This document shows positions 20,928-31,174 of a stretch of 64,000 nucleotides of DNA, one piece after another. Each line of letters opens with the position of its first letter. Positions within the stretch are counted from its first letter, which is position 1. The stretch is from Candidatus Delongbacteria bacterium. Its GTDB lineage: Bacteria; CAIWAD01. The notes under the pieces are model-generated. The model was given only the letters and a program-made list of their open reading frames with translations, was not told the DNA's origin and did no database searches. Made by a program: the position numbers and the translations under genes. Location: the NCBI GenBank assembly GCA_963663545.1, contig OY760505.1, positions 3,552,001 to 3,616,000 on the forward strand, given 5' to 3'.

Positions 20928-20969
20928 GGGTTCTCCAATCGTTGTCTTCGTGTTGTGGCCGACACGGGT

Positions 20970-21350
20970 CTAGCGCTTGCTCTGAGGGAGCTTGTTTTTC
21001 TGCCTCAGTTCCTGAACAAGCGCAATTGCGGCCTCGGCTTCCTGCCTCACGGTTTTCTCACTGGCCAGCAATACTGCTAGTTGCGCGTCTGCAACCACTC
21101 GGTTGAGCATTAACTCGGCCAGTTCTTGTTTACCCCTGGCGGCCAAGGCGCGCGCCAGGTCCAACTGCTCTCTGGCTAGTTGCAGATGGAGCGCGGCCTG
21201 AGGAACTGCTGCAGCCCCCACGGCTTCCGCAGCGCTGATGGCTGATGTAGAGGCCTCGGTGCGCAAGGGTACAGATGAGCACCCCACCAGCACCACACTC
21301 GCCAGGATGGCCAGTGTGAAATGTGCGATTCTAGATTTCGTGACATACAT
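20970..21350 (-). CDS. DUF4398-like lipoprotein
   Basis: RBS AAGGAGGA; lipobox VLVGC; AISAAEAVGA..AALHLQLAREQL. Confidence 0.8.
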   Translation of the reverse strand: MYVTKSRIAHFTLAILASVVLVGCSSVPLRTEASTSAISAAEAVGAAAVPQAALHLQLAREQLDLARALAARGKQELAELMLNRVVADAQLAVLLASEKTVRQEAEAAIALVQELRQKNKLPQSKR

Positions 21351-21516
21351 CACGATGTCCTCCTTTTGATCGGTCGTATTCTCTCTGTCTGGCACCCAGC
21401 CTTGGCCAGGCCACCTACCAGCATTGGTCGCATCGCCGCTAAACGAGACGGGCAGGCAGGCAGCCGGAACACGGCGGCCAGGGGTCGGGCGCAAGCCCTT
21501 CCCCGCGAAGATCCCT

Positions 21517-21532
21517 TGCACGACCTGGGCCA
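21517..21532 (-). promoter_or_regulatory. Putative sigma54 (-24/-12) promoter
   Basis: TGGCCCAGGTCGTGCA (GG-N10-GC) upstream of the DUF4398/OmpA operon, divergent from the EBP gene. Confidence 0.5.
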
Positions 21533-21624
21533 TGTTTCCAACACGATATAATTTAACGACTTAAGAAATTTTGTTTTTTTATGTCGATATATTTCGATCA
21601 GAATGAAATCAAATTACTATCATT

Positions 21625-23322
21625 TTGATCGAACGGAGGTGCGTAATCAAAATTAACGATCTACACCACAAGGAGTTGCTGGAGCTAGATCCAGAAGGGG
21701 GCACGATCCGCTTTGCGGGTCAACGGGTTTTGTTACTCGATGCCACCGCGATGGGCTTACTGCGAAAGTACCTTGTTGAGAATTTTGGCTTAACAGCCGC
21801 ACGCACAGTGCTCACCCAGTTTGGATTCGCCCACGGCTGGCGCATGGCCGAAGCAATGAATGCAGAGTTCAGTTGGGCCAGTCAGAAAGATTGGCAGCTG
21901 TCGGGTACTCGCATCAGTATGCTGGAGGGGCTGTTTCTTGTCGAGCCGGGAAGCGAGAACCCACTCAGCCGCAAGGGTGCATTGCTGCTCTCGTCCTACG
22001 AAGCCGAGCAGCACCTGCTGCACTTCGGTCGTTCCGACAGCGCCGTTTGCTGGACCATCTGTGGGCTTATGAGCGGCCATCTCAGCCATGTGTGCGGGAA
22101 GGAAATCTTTGTGCTCGAGGATCGCTGCCTGGGCAGAGGACACGCCGCCTGTCACTTGGTTGGCCGAACAAGGGAGGACTGGGGCAGCGAGCGCACCGAG
22201 GACCTGAGCTTCTATGCGACTGGCCAGTTGGAAGAGTGCCTCGCTGTCTCCTTGCAGCGTGTGATCAAAACCCTCAAAGCCGCCGAGACCAAGTTGCGCG
22301 CCCACCATCGCAAGTTGACCCACGTGATTCCGGAACCGATGGCGCCCCAGGGAATCGTCGCCCAGAGTCGTTCCATGCAGCGAATCGTGGACCTGGGACG
22401 GCGCGTAGCAAAGGTCGATGCCACCGTACTGATCATTGGTGAAAGCGGCACAGGCAAGGAGCGCATTGCCAGGCTGATCCACGATGAATCCACTCGCGCC
22501 GCGGGTCCATTCATTGCGGTCAACTGCGGAGCCATCGCAGAGACACTGCTCGAGAGCGAACTCTTTGGCCATGCCCGTGGAGCCTTCACCGGCGCCAACT
22601 CTGACCGGCCCGGACTCTTTGAGGCGGCCAACCGGGGCACCCTCTTGCTGGACGAAGTCGGCGAAGTATCACCGGGCATGCAGGTCAAGTTGCTGCGCGT
22701 ACTCCAGGAGCGCGAGATCCGCCGCGTGGGAGAAAACCGCAGCCGTCCTGTCAACGTGCGCATCCTGGCGGCCACCAATCGCGATCTGTCCCGCACCGTG
22801 GTTGACGGCAGTTTCCGCCAGGATCTCTACTACCGCCTAAAAGTGGTGGAGCTGCTGGTGCCGCCCCTGCGCGACCGCCGGGAAGACGTGCTGCCCTTAG
22901 CACGCCTGTTGCTGGCGGATGCAGCACAGCGCATGGAGCGCCAGATCAACGGCCTCGCCCCGGGCGCCGCCGAGGAGTTGCTGCGCTACTCATGGCCAGG
23001 CAACGTGCGCGAGCTGGAAAACGTGATGGAGCGCGCTGTGGCACTGGCCTGCGGCACGCGGGTCGAGGTGGAGGACCTGCCTGCGGAACTGCATTCAGAA
23101 CCAGGCTTTCCACGTGTGGACACAGGCGTCGTTCGCCCCCTGGTCGAGGTGGAACAGGAGTACATCCTGGCAGCCCTCAAACTCAACGACGGCAATCAGA
23201 CTCGCACGGCAGCCCAGCTGGGCATTGGTACGGCCACCCTCTATCGCAAACTCAAGAAGTACGGCATGCCACCGCGCCCCAACGAAAGCAATGCAGCGAA
23301 GGGGAACAGAGATCATCCCTGA
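21625..23322 (+). CDS. Sigma54-dependent enhancer-binding protein with XylR_N/V4R sensor domain
   Basis: GQRVLLL, V4R Cys/Glu pattern (CW..E..C..C), [24 protein letters not shown], Fis HTH. Confidence 0.93.
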   Translation: MIERRCVIKINDLHHKELLELDPEGGTIRFAGQRVLLLDATAMGLLRKYLVENFGLTAARTVLTQFGFAHGWRMAEAMNAEFSWASQKDWQLSGTRISMLEGLFLVEPGSENPLSRKGALLLSSYEAEQHLLHFGRSDSAVCWTICGLMSGHLSHVCGKEIFVLEDRCLGRGHAACHLVGRTREDWGSERTEDLSFYATGQLEECLAVSLQRVIKTLKAAETKLRAHHRKLTHVIPEPMAPQGIVAQSRSMQRIVDLGRRVAKVDATVLIIGESGTGKERIARLIHDESTRAAGPFIAVNCGAIAETLLESELFGHARGAFTGANSDRPGLFEAANRGTLLLDEVGEVSPGMQVKLLRVLQEREIRRVGENRSRPVNVRILAATNRDLSRTVVDGSFRQDLYYRLKVVELLVPPLRDRREDVLPLARLLLADAAQRMERQINGLAPGAAEELLRYSWPGNVRELENVMERAVALACGTRVEVEDLPAELHSEPGFPRVDTGVVRPLVEVEQEYILAALKLNDGNQTRTAAQLGIGTATLYRKLKKYGMPPRPNESNAAKGNRDHP

Positions 23323-23613
23323 TACTCGCCTGCTGCCCCTGCTTCCTCTGAGTTGATACACAGAGCACCACAAGCGCCTGACGCTACCCAAGCTCCCCGC
23401 ATCCGCTGTACTCCCTTCTCGCTGTTGCTGCGGGCGAGCACAGGTTCAATCAAACTGAGGGAAGAGGATCATCGTTATGATCGATCACAGCGGAATCCAG
23501 GGTGGTAAGAAGCTTGCTGATTTATTGAAATCGCGGCGGCAGTCGGCGTTAACCAAAGCTGGGGCAGCAGAAAATGCCGGAAATGGACCACGGCACCCGC
23601 CGAATCAAGGAAG

Positions 23614-23630
23614 TGGCCGTTGAATTGCAT
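23614..23630 (+). promoter_or_regulatory. Putative sigma54 promoter
   Basis: TGGCCGTTGAATTGCAT (GG-N10-GC with TTGCA) about 80 nt upstream of the lmo0937-like gene. Confidence 0.6.
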
Positions 23631-23712
23631 GATGCGCTATGATAGTGGATAGCAAGCCAGATGCGCTTTCAGTTGCTGAGGCTGCACCATTCAGAACAGA
23701 AGGAGGAAATTC

Positions 23713-23868
23713 ATGCTACTCGCAATCGCACTCATTCTACTACTGCTTTGGGCAGTGGGATTGCTCACCTCGGTAACCATGGGTGGGCTCGTTCACGTCC
23801 TGCTGGTTGCTGCCATCGTGGTAGTGTTGATCAGGGTGATTCAAGGTCGACGCATTCTAAAACCTTAG
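23713..23868 (+). CDS. lmo0937-family small membrane protein (not in ORF track)
   Basis: RBS AGGAGG; MLLAIALILLLLWAVGLLTSVTMGGLVHVLLVAAIVVVLIRVIQGRRILKP*. Confidence 0.85.
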   Translation: MLLAIALILLLLWAVGLLTSVTMGGLVHVLLVAAIVVVLIRVIQGRRILKP

Positions 23869-24003
23869 CTGGGGCGAGGGCCTTTCCTCGAACCAGTACA
23901 GTCGGCACCGCCGCTGTACGCGAGTACCACCCGGTGCTATCCTGGGACGGTGGCGTTCCCATACAGATAAGAATCACCCTATCCTTAAGCATTAGAGGTT
24001 CCT

Positions 24004-25191
24004 ATGAGAAATTATACACGTTTCATCACGGGTCTGGCAGTCACAGTGGGAGTGGTGGGCTCAGCGCACGCCATTTCACTGTTGGACTACACATTTCCCA
24101 CCAGTACCACGCAACAGGCCTACCTGAACGGCACATTCAACGCCAACGGCACCTCCGCCGACACAACCCAGGTGGGCTTCACCTTGGGCGGATCCGGCAA
24201 CTATTGGCTGGCCTTGCGCTCGCTCCCCTTCAGTTATGATGTGTCACTCGGAGCCAGCGTCAGCACCAGCCGATCCACCATCGACGGAGCGTCGACCGAG
24301 GACGCCTGGGACATCAACATGGCCACCAACCTGGACAAGTACTTCAACAACGAAGACAACTTCTTCGTCTACGGCGGCGCTTCTGCCGACTACCGCAGGC
24401 TGATCTTGCAGGACGAGGCCGATGATCCCCGCATCGATGTCGAAGCTGGACTGGGCTTCGGGCGTACCATCAACGCCACCGTGCTGAAGCAAGCCGTTCG
24501 CATGGACGAGGACTTCGTCAAGTATGGCATCACTACGCGCGGCATGCCCGATGCGGCCCTGTTGAAACTAGCTGCGGTCATCGATCGTGAGAGCGAGTTC
24601 CGCAGCCGCTACGGCCCTGTGGAGTACCGCAAGTACTGGTACGGCGAGATGGAAAGCGTCCTGCAGGACGCCGGGGTACTGGCGACAGAGACGATGGGCG
24701 CCATGGGTACGCTGCGCATCCAGGAGGTAATGGCCGAACCCACCGCCCAACGTTGGCACGGCTGGCAGGTGCGTTTGGGAGTCGGCTCGCGCATCTCAGA
24801 CTACAACGGTTCCAGTGGAGATCCGGCCCTCACTGCGCGCCTGGACTGGCACAGGCCGGTGGGCATGGATCTGCAGTTCAGCAACAAAGCGTCGATCGCG
24901 ACCGTGTTTGCCGACGACCTCTCCTACAACCTCGAGGACCTGTTCCGCGTAGACTATGAGATTTCCAACCGCATCGACTGGTACAACAGTCTCATGGCCC
25001 GGATCGACATTCCGACCGCAACCGATGCAGAGAACGTCACGGAAGTGACTCTGGCCAGCACCTTCATCCTCTACCTGGAGAACCGGCTTTCCTTCAATCC
25101 TGAGATACAGTTCAACTACCGCGACGACGGTATTGAGGACGCGGAATGGAACTGGGTTCTCCTTGGTGGAATCACGTACCGCTTGAAATAA
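24004..25191 (+). CDS. Putative outer-membrane beta-barrel protein
   Basis: Signal peptide (SAHA), amphipathic beta strands, C-terminal GGITYRLK. Confidence 0.75.
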   Translation: MRNYTRFITGLAVTVGVVGSAHAISLLDYTFPTSTTQQAYLNGTFNANGTSADTTQVGFTLGGSGNYWLALRSLPFSYDVSLGASVSTSRSTIDGASTEDAWDINMATNLDKYFNNEDNFFVYGGASADYRRLILQDEADDPRIDVEAGLGFGRTINATVLKQAVRMDEDFVKYGITTRGMPDAALLKLAAVIDRESEFRSRYGPVEYRKYWYGEMESVLQDAGVLATETMGAMGTLRIQEVMAEPTAQRWHGWQVRLGVGSRISDYNGSSGDPALTARLDWHRPVGMDLQFSNKASIATVFADDLSYNLEDLFRVDYEISNRIDWYNSLMARIDIPTATDAENVTEVTLASTFILYLENRLSFNPEIQFNYRDDGIEDAEWNWVLLGGITYRLK

Positions 25192-25290
25192 CACGACTGA
25201 ACCAAGCCCTGAGGGAGGAACGGCGCAACGAACACGTGACGCCGTCTCCACCCCCGGGGACTGAGTACGACAAATCATCACGAGGACACT

Positions 25291-25656
25291 ATGGATTCGA
25301 CGAGCAACGAGAAAATAGCGCAGGCCCTGGAACTACTCGAGGCCGCCGCGCGGGAAAAGAAAGACGAGTTACGCGAGCTGTTCAAGGACCGCTACTCGCA
25401 TCTGGCAAGCGTACTGATGGAGACCGAGCGTTCGGTGATCCAGCAGCTGTTCGCTACGCTGAAGGAAGAGATCGAAGCGCTGGTTCGCGCCAAGAACCTG
25501 GGCCAGGAGAAGGTGCAGGATGCCGCAATCGCCGTGGATGACCACGTCCACGGCAATCCTTGGCCCTACATCGGTGCCGCCGCCGCTGTCTCCTTGGTGG
25601 GTGGCTACCTGATGGGCAGCAAGACGCATTGTTCCCATACGCGAGCTGAATCTTGA
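25291..25656 (+). CDS. DUF883 (ElaB/YqjD-like) tail-anchored protein
   Basis: Coiled N-terminus, VDDHVHGNPWPYIGAAAAVSLVGGYLMG. Confidence 0.8.
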   Translation: MDSTSNEKIAQALELLEAAAREKKDELRELFKDRYSHLASVLMETERSVIQQLFATLKEEIEALVRAKNLGQEKVQDAAIAVDDHVHGNPWPYIGAAAAVSLVGGYLMGSKTHCSHTRAES

Positions 25657-26039
25657 TGCAGCTCTTGTCTTCCTTGTTGAAGCGCGTATCGCAGGGCGTG
25701 CTCGCGCCCTACGGTCGTGTGCTATTGGATCTGCTGCAGATCGAGGCAGCGGCCAACATGGTGAGCAGTGTCCGCACCGCGCGCCAGCTCTTCCTGGGCG
25801 GCTTGGTCATGGTCATCCTGGCCATGCTGGCGATCACGGGTTTGGTACTGGCGCATTTCGCGCTGTACACCCTGCTGCCGACGCCCACGAACACCATTGT
25901 ACTGCTGGCCCTGGGGATTCTCTACCTGCTTGTCGTTGCGCTGGTTCTGCTCTGGGTCAGCCGCGAGAAGACCTGGATGGAGCTTTCGGGGGCCGCACAC
26001 AAGGTGGACCAGGCGACTGGCAAAGCGCCACCGGACTAG
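25653..26039 (+). CDS. YqjE/holin-like membrane protein
   Basis: Two TM helices, overlaps the DUF883 gene as in yqjD-yqjE. Confidence 0.6.
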   Translation: MMQLLSSLLKRVSQGVLAPYGRVLLDLLQIEAAANMVSSVRTARQLFLGGLVMVILAMLAITGLVLAHFALYTLLPTPTNTIVLLALGILYLLVVALVLLWVSREKTWMELSGAAHKVDQATGKAPPD

Positions 26040-26177
26040 CTTGTGAATTGCTGGGGCTGTTCGCCATGAATGGTGAAGTGGGAAGTTGATACTCGCTATG
26101 CAAGCATCCGGATAACATCCTCGCGGTTCATCGCGGCACAGCAGCAAGAAAGGGAACACCTGGTGATCAATGGTCTG

Positions 26178-28451
26178 ATGCAAATGCCCCTCAGCCGCAT
26201 TTCCTTCATCGGCAACTACCTGCCCCGCCTGTGCGGCATCGCCACCTTCACCTACGACTTGTGCGAAGCCGTCTCTACCCGCTACCCCGAGGCGACCAGC
26301 ATCGCCATCCCGGTAAACGACACCGCGGCTGGCTACGCCTATCCTCCTCGCGTGCGCTTCGAGCTGGCCGAGAAGGACATCGACTCCTATCGCCGGGCCG
26401 CGGACTTCCTCAACATCAACAACGTTGATTTGGTCAGTCTGCAGTTCGAATACGGCATCTTCGGCGGATGCGCGGGCAGCCACATCCTGGCCCTGCTGCG
26501 CGAGCTGCGCATGCCCATCGTCACTACGCTCCACACGATCCTGAATGAACCGGATCCCGACCAGCGCCGCGTGCTCGAAGAGGTGGCGGCCCTGTCCGAC
26601 CGGCTGGTGGTCATGAGCGCGCGCGGGGCGGAGTTCCTCAGCGACATCTACGGAGTGGCGACGGACAAGATCGACGTCATCCCCCACGGCATCCACGATG
26701 TGCCCTTCATCGATCCGAGCTTCAACAAGGATCTCTTTGGTGTCGAGGGAAAGATCGTGCTGCTTAGCTTCGGCCTGCTCTCGGCCAACAAAGGGATCGA
26801 GACCGTCATCTCGGCCCTGCCCGCCATTGTAGCACGCTACCCGAGCGTGGTGTACATCATTCTGGGCGCCACACACCCCCACGTGCTCCAACACGAGGGC
26901 GAGAGCTACCGACTGTCGCTGCAGTGGCTGGCCCAGGAAAAGGGCGTGGAAGCCCATGTGGCCTTCTACAACCGCTTCGTCAGCCTGGAGGAACTGATCC
27001 AGTTCATCGGTGCTGCCGACATCTACATCACACCCTACCTCAATGCGCAACAGATCGTCTCCGGCACCCTCGCCTACACCGTGGGCGCGGGCAAGGCCGT
27101 GATCTCAACCCCGTACTGGTACGCCGAGGATCTGCTAGCCGAGGGTCGAGGCGTGTTGACGCCTTTCCGCAATGCGGAGGCCATGGCCGAGCACGTGATC
27201 GATCTGCTGGACAATGAGCCCAAGCGGCACGCCATGCGCAAAAAGGCCTACCTCTACGGACGGGCCATGATCTGGCCCCACGTCGCGGAACTCTACATGG
27301 ACAGCTTCAACCGGGCCCGCGCCGAACGTCGGCACTTCGTCCCGAGCGGCATCTCGACACGAGCGCTGGACAAGCAGTTGGGCGAGCTACCCCCGCTCAG
27401 GCTGGACCACCTGCGCCACATGACGGACATGACTGGCATGTTGCAGCACGCCATTTTCACCGTGCCCAACTACCGTGAAGGCTACACGACGGACGACAAC
27501 GCCCGTGCCCTGATGGTCAGCGCTTTGCTGGAAGCGCTGGGCAACAGCGAAGCACTGGATCTGGCCGTGCGCTACCTGGCCTTTATCGAATACGCTTTCA
27601 ATAACGGCACAGGCCGCTTTCACAATACGATGGACTACCAGCGTCGCTGGACCGAGGAGCGCGGTTCTGACGACAGCCACGGTCGCGCGCTGTGGGCGCT
27701 GGGCACGGTGATGGGCCGCTCGAATACCGCCGCCCTGCAGAGCATGGCCGGACGCGTTTTCGAACGAGCACTACCCGCCATTCTCGAGACCACTAGCCCG
27801 CGTGCCTGGGCCTTTGCGCTCTTGGGCATTCACGAATACGTCCAGCGTTTCGAAGGCGACCGCCGGGCGGGCCAGGTGCGCGAAGAGCTGGCGGGGCGCC
27901 TGCTTGCGCTGTACAGGGTGCACCGCAAGGAAGACTGGCACTGGTTCGAGCCCGGCTTGAGCTACTGCAACGCTGCGCTGCCGCACGCCCTGCTGATGTG
28001 TGGTAGCACCATCCCCGACGAGGCCATGAGCGAAATCGGCCTCGAATCGCTGATCTGGCTCTCGGACCTGCAGCTGGCGGAAAGCGAAACCCGGCACTTT
28101 GTCCCCATCGGCTCCAACGGCTTCTTCGAGCGAGGTGGCGAGCGGGCCCTGTTCGACCAGCAGCCCATCGAAGCCCAGGCGATGGTATCGGCCTGCCTCG
28201 AAGCCCACGGGATCACCGGGGACGAGCGCTGGCGCAGAGAAGCACGTTGCGCCTTTGAGTGGTTCCTGGGCCGCAACGACCTGGGGTTGACGATCTACGA
28301 CCCGACCACCGGCGGCTGCCGCGACGGCTTGCATCCCGACCGCGTGAACGAGAACCAGGGTGCAGAATCCACCCTGGCCTTCCTGCAGGCGCTATTGGAA
28401 TTGCGGCTGGCGGAGCACGCAGCCCTTACCCAGAAAGCGAGACTCACATGA
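26178..28451 (+). CDS. GT4 glycosyltransferase fused to a six-hairpin-glycosidase-like domain
   Basis: YLPRLCGIATFT, FGLLSANKGIE, SGTLAY..VISTPY; C-terminal GYTTDDNARAL, FDQQPIE, NQGAEST; start may be GTG 26163. Confidence 0.9.
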   Translation: MQMPLSRISFIGNYLPRLCGIATFTYDLCEAVSTRYPEATSIAIPVNDTAAGYAYPPRVRFELAEKDIDSYRRAADFLNINNVDLVSLQFEYGIFGGCAGSHILALLRELRMPIVTTLHTILNEPDPDQRRVLEEVAALSDRLVVMSARGAEFLSDIYGVATDKIDVIPHGIHDVPFIDPSFNKDLFGVEGKIVLLSFGLLSANKGIETVISALPAIVARYPSVVYIILGATHPHVLQHEGESYRLSLQWLAQEKGVEAHVAFYNRFVSLEELIQFIGAADIYITPYLNAQQIVSGTLAYTVGAGKAVISTPYWYAEDLLAEGRGVLTPFRNAEAMAEHVIDLLDNEPKRHAMRKKAYLYGRAMIWPHVAELYMDSFNRARAERRHFVPSGISTRALDKQLGELPPLRLDHLRHMTDMTGMLQHAIFTVPNYREGYTTDDNARALMVSALLEALGNSEALDLAVRYLAFIEYAFNNGTGRFHNTMDYQRRWTEERGSDDSHGRALWALGTVMGRSNTAALQSMAGRVFERALPAILETTSPRAWAFALLGIHEYVQRFEGDRRAGQVREELAGRLLALYRVHRKEDWHWFEPGLSYCNAALPHALLMCGSTIPDEAMSEIGLESLIWLSDLQLAESETRHFVPIGSNGFFERGGERALFDQQPIEAQAMVSACLEAHGITGDERWRREARCAFEWFLGRNDLGLTIYDPTTGGCRDGLHPDRVNENQGAESTLAFLQALLELRLAEHAALTQKARLT

Positions 28452-29392
28452 AAACGATGCCCCCGGAACTGCTGCTGCGACACAGGCACAACCCCATCCT
28501 TAGCGCAGCGGATTGGCCCTACCAGATCAACAGCGTGTTCAACGCCGGCGCCGTAATGCTGCCCAACGGCGAGACTCTGCTGCTGTGCCGGGTCGAGGAC
28601 CGCGGCGGCCTCTCACACCTCTGCGCGGCCTGCTCGGTCAACGGCGTGGATGGGTGGAAGATTGATCCACAGCCTACCTTGGCGCCGGATCCCGGGGAGC
28701 ACCCCGAAGAACAGTACGGCATCGAGGATCCACGTATCACGTACATCCCCGAACTGCACAAGTTCGCCGTCGTCTACACGGCCTTCTCCCGCGATGGCCC
28801 AGGCGTAGCCCTGGCCTTCACCGAGGACTTCCGCCACTTCGAGCGCGTCGGCATCATCATGTCGCCAGAGGACAAGGACGCCGCGCTCCTGCCCGTCCGC
28901 ATCGGTGGGAACTGGGCCCTGATCCATCGCCCCGTCAGCGCGAAGGGCGCGCACATGTGGGTCTCCTACTCCGCCGACTTGCGCCACTGGGGCAGCCACA
29001 AGCTGATGCTGGAAGCGCGGCTGGGCGGCTACTGGGACGCCGGTCGCATCGGCCTGAACTGTCCGCCCATCGAGACGCCCGAAGGTTGGCTAGTGCTCTA
29101 CCACGGCATGAAGCACACCGGAGCCGGCTGTCTCTACCGAATCGGGCTGGCCCTCTTCGACCGTAACGAGCCGGAACTCTGCCTGAAGCGCGGCAGCGAA
29201 TGGGTCTTCGGCCCCAAGGAAGACTACGAACAGCGCGGCGACGTGGGCAATGTTGTTTTCCCTTGCGGCTGCACTCTGGCCCCGGACGGTGACACGCTCA
29301 GAGTCTACTATGGCGCGGCGGACACCTGCATAGCCCTGGCCACAGGCAGTGTGGAAGCCATGCTCGCCTGGCTGGATCGGCACGCCCTGTGA
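28448..29392 (+). CDS. GH130-family glycosidase/phosphorylase
   Basis: VFNAGA, GIEDPRI, DKDAAL, LIHRP, NVVFPCG, YYGAAD; ATGA overlap with the GT4 gene. Confidence 0.9.
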   Translation: MKTMPPELLLRHRHNPILSAADWPYQINSVFNAGAVMLPNGETLLLCRVEDRGGLSHLCAACSVNGVDGWKIDPQPTLAPDPGEHPEEQYGIEDPRITYIPELHKFAVVYTAFSRDGPGVALAFTEDFRHFERVGIIMSPEDKDAALLPVRIGGNWALIHRPVSAKGAHMWVSYSADLRHWGSHKLMLEARLGGYWDAGRIGLNCPPIETPEGWLVLYHGMKHTGAGCLYRIGLALFDRNEPELCLKRGSEWVFGPKEDYEQRGDVGNVVFPCGCTLAPDGDTLRVYYGAADTCIALATGSVEAMLAWLDRHAL

Positions 29393-29864
29393 ACCGCCGG
29401 TCCCGCGACAATCGAGTGCCCTGACACAACCATAAAAGGCAGGACGACCTACTCCTGCCGATCCCATCCCGGCTCAGGCGTGTCACGCGCGTGCGTGTGC
29501 ACCCTCCGCTGGGACTTCCTCGACATGCTGGGGAGCACGAGAGGCAGCGAAGAGAGGGGTGTTTTCACCACCATCGGTCAGGGCGCTGTTGTGGTTGCGA
29601 TGTGGATCGGGCTGGTGGGGTGGTCGGGGAATGTTTAGCGTCTGCCGCCCGGTCTGTGGTGCGGCGGGTGCGTTCGGCAACCGTGCCGTTCCTGTGTCGA
29701 AGGTGCGCAAGCGCCGTGACACGGATCGGGACGGCAGCAAGATTTTGTTAAATGAGCCTTTCGCGACCCTTGGCGACCGACCACTCGACGAGGTCCGTTC
29801 GCTTTCCTCCGTCAGTTGACCATATTGACTGTAGAGACCACACTTGTCCTGTCTACACTCCGGG

Positions 29865-30037
29865 TCAAGTTCCCAGCGCGGTAGTTCCGCAATCATGCAC
29901 CTGTTTCTCGTGGTCCATCTGCCATTTGAACATCACATCGTCGGGGTTGATTCGGCGTCCTCCCAGAGCTCTATACATCTGCATGGCAGGCATATTGGAT
30001 TCGTTTGTGAGTACGAGCGAACTCCCACATCCAGCCT
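29865..30037 (-). pseudogene. C-terminal fragment of a GNAT acetyltransferase
   Basis: VLTNESNMPAMQMYRALGG motif; cut at the repeat boundary. Confidence 0.5.
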
Positions 30038-30885
30038 CCTGCCCGATGGTCGCGTCGGGGCGCTCTTTCAGGGCGAACCCGCCAGCATCCTGAGCGTACT
30101 CACGCAGCTTGAGGGCAACCCGGGTATGATCCGCGTGGACGAGCTTGCCCGCGAGGAGATCGACCACGAGCCCTGCGGCGACTTCACTGTATTGCGTTGA
30201 GCATTTTCAGCAGTGTTCAGGCAAACGATAAACTGCACGGACGATACCATTTCGCATGAGACCTTCCCCGAAGTTTAAAAGAAACCCCAACCGTAATCCG
30301 CTAAGCTTCAGATAAGTGAGGAGTTGCTTCCTGTGTGTGTCGGTGATGCAAACGATGGACTTCAACTCCAGCAAGACTTTGCCTTCGATGATGATGTCAG
30401 CCCGAAATCCGAGATGAAACTCTTTTCCGCGCCAAAACACCGGGACCGGGACTTGTCTCAAAGCGACCAGACCTCTTTCTCTAGGCTCGTGTGCGAGTAC
30501 GGCTTCGTAGACGGTCTCCAACAAACCTGGCCCTAGCTCGCAATGAATTGTCAACGCAGCATCAATCACAATTCGGCCAATCTCGTTTTCCGTCATCTGT
30601 ACTCCTGGCTTTCGTCTTGCAAACTACAACGAGAAAAGCCCGGAGTGAAGAGATTCGCCGCGTGTTTCGCTTGCGGAGGATACTGCTGTAAGCTGCTGTA
30701 GACAGTTTCCTGTTGTTTGACAAAAAAGAGGTGCATCTCGCCAAGCTCGAAGAGCTTGCAAGCTCGCGAAGCTCGCCAAGGAAGAGTAAAAGGGAGTTTT
30801 GGTTATAATAGCTGGCTGTTGGCTAGGACCTCTTGAAGAGGGGTGATTTTACACGCAAAGGAGAGACGCTCTCGTCAATATGTGT
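30038..30885. repeat. ~850-bp direct repeat, right copy (5'-truncated acyP plus GxxExxY gene)
   Basis: Aligns with 16296-17143; acyP part 30038-30200 lacks the N-terminus. Confidence 0.92.
30207..30596 (-). CDS. GxxExxY protein, copy 2
   Basis: Only a handful of aa differences from 16465..16854. Confidence 0.9.
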   Translation of the reverse strand: MTENEIGRIVIDAALTIHCELGPGLLETVYEAVLAHEPRERGLVALRQVPVPVFWRGKEFHLGFRADIIIEGKVLLELKSIVCITDTHRKQLLTYLKLSGLRLGFLLNFGEGLMRNGIVRAVYRLPEHC

Positions 30886-31174
30886 GTTCAGCAGATGTCT
30901 TCACCAGTCCAGATTCTTCTTTGCGTCCTTGGCGCGCTTTGCGAGATGCAATCTTCCTGGCGAGCTTTGGTTACTCAGCCAACTTTTCCTACTACAACCC
31001 ACAGCTTTGTTTGCCAACTTGTGCACGCCCTGAGACCCTCCTGCAATCGAAGATGAACCAAAGAAGCGAGCTCCGCTGTGCGGGGAGCTTCCAGGATAAA
31101 CGGCAACGCGCGAGACCCCCGAACACTACCTCGCACGTCGCCAGACACCATTTATCAGAGCCTGGGAGACAGAG

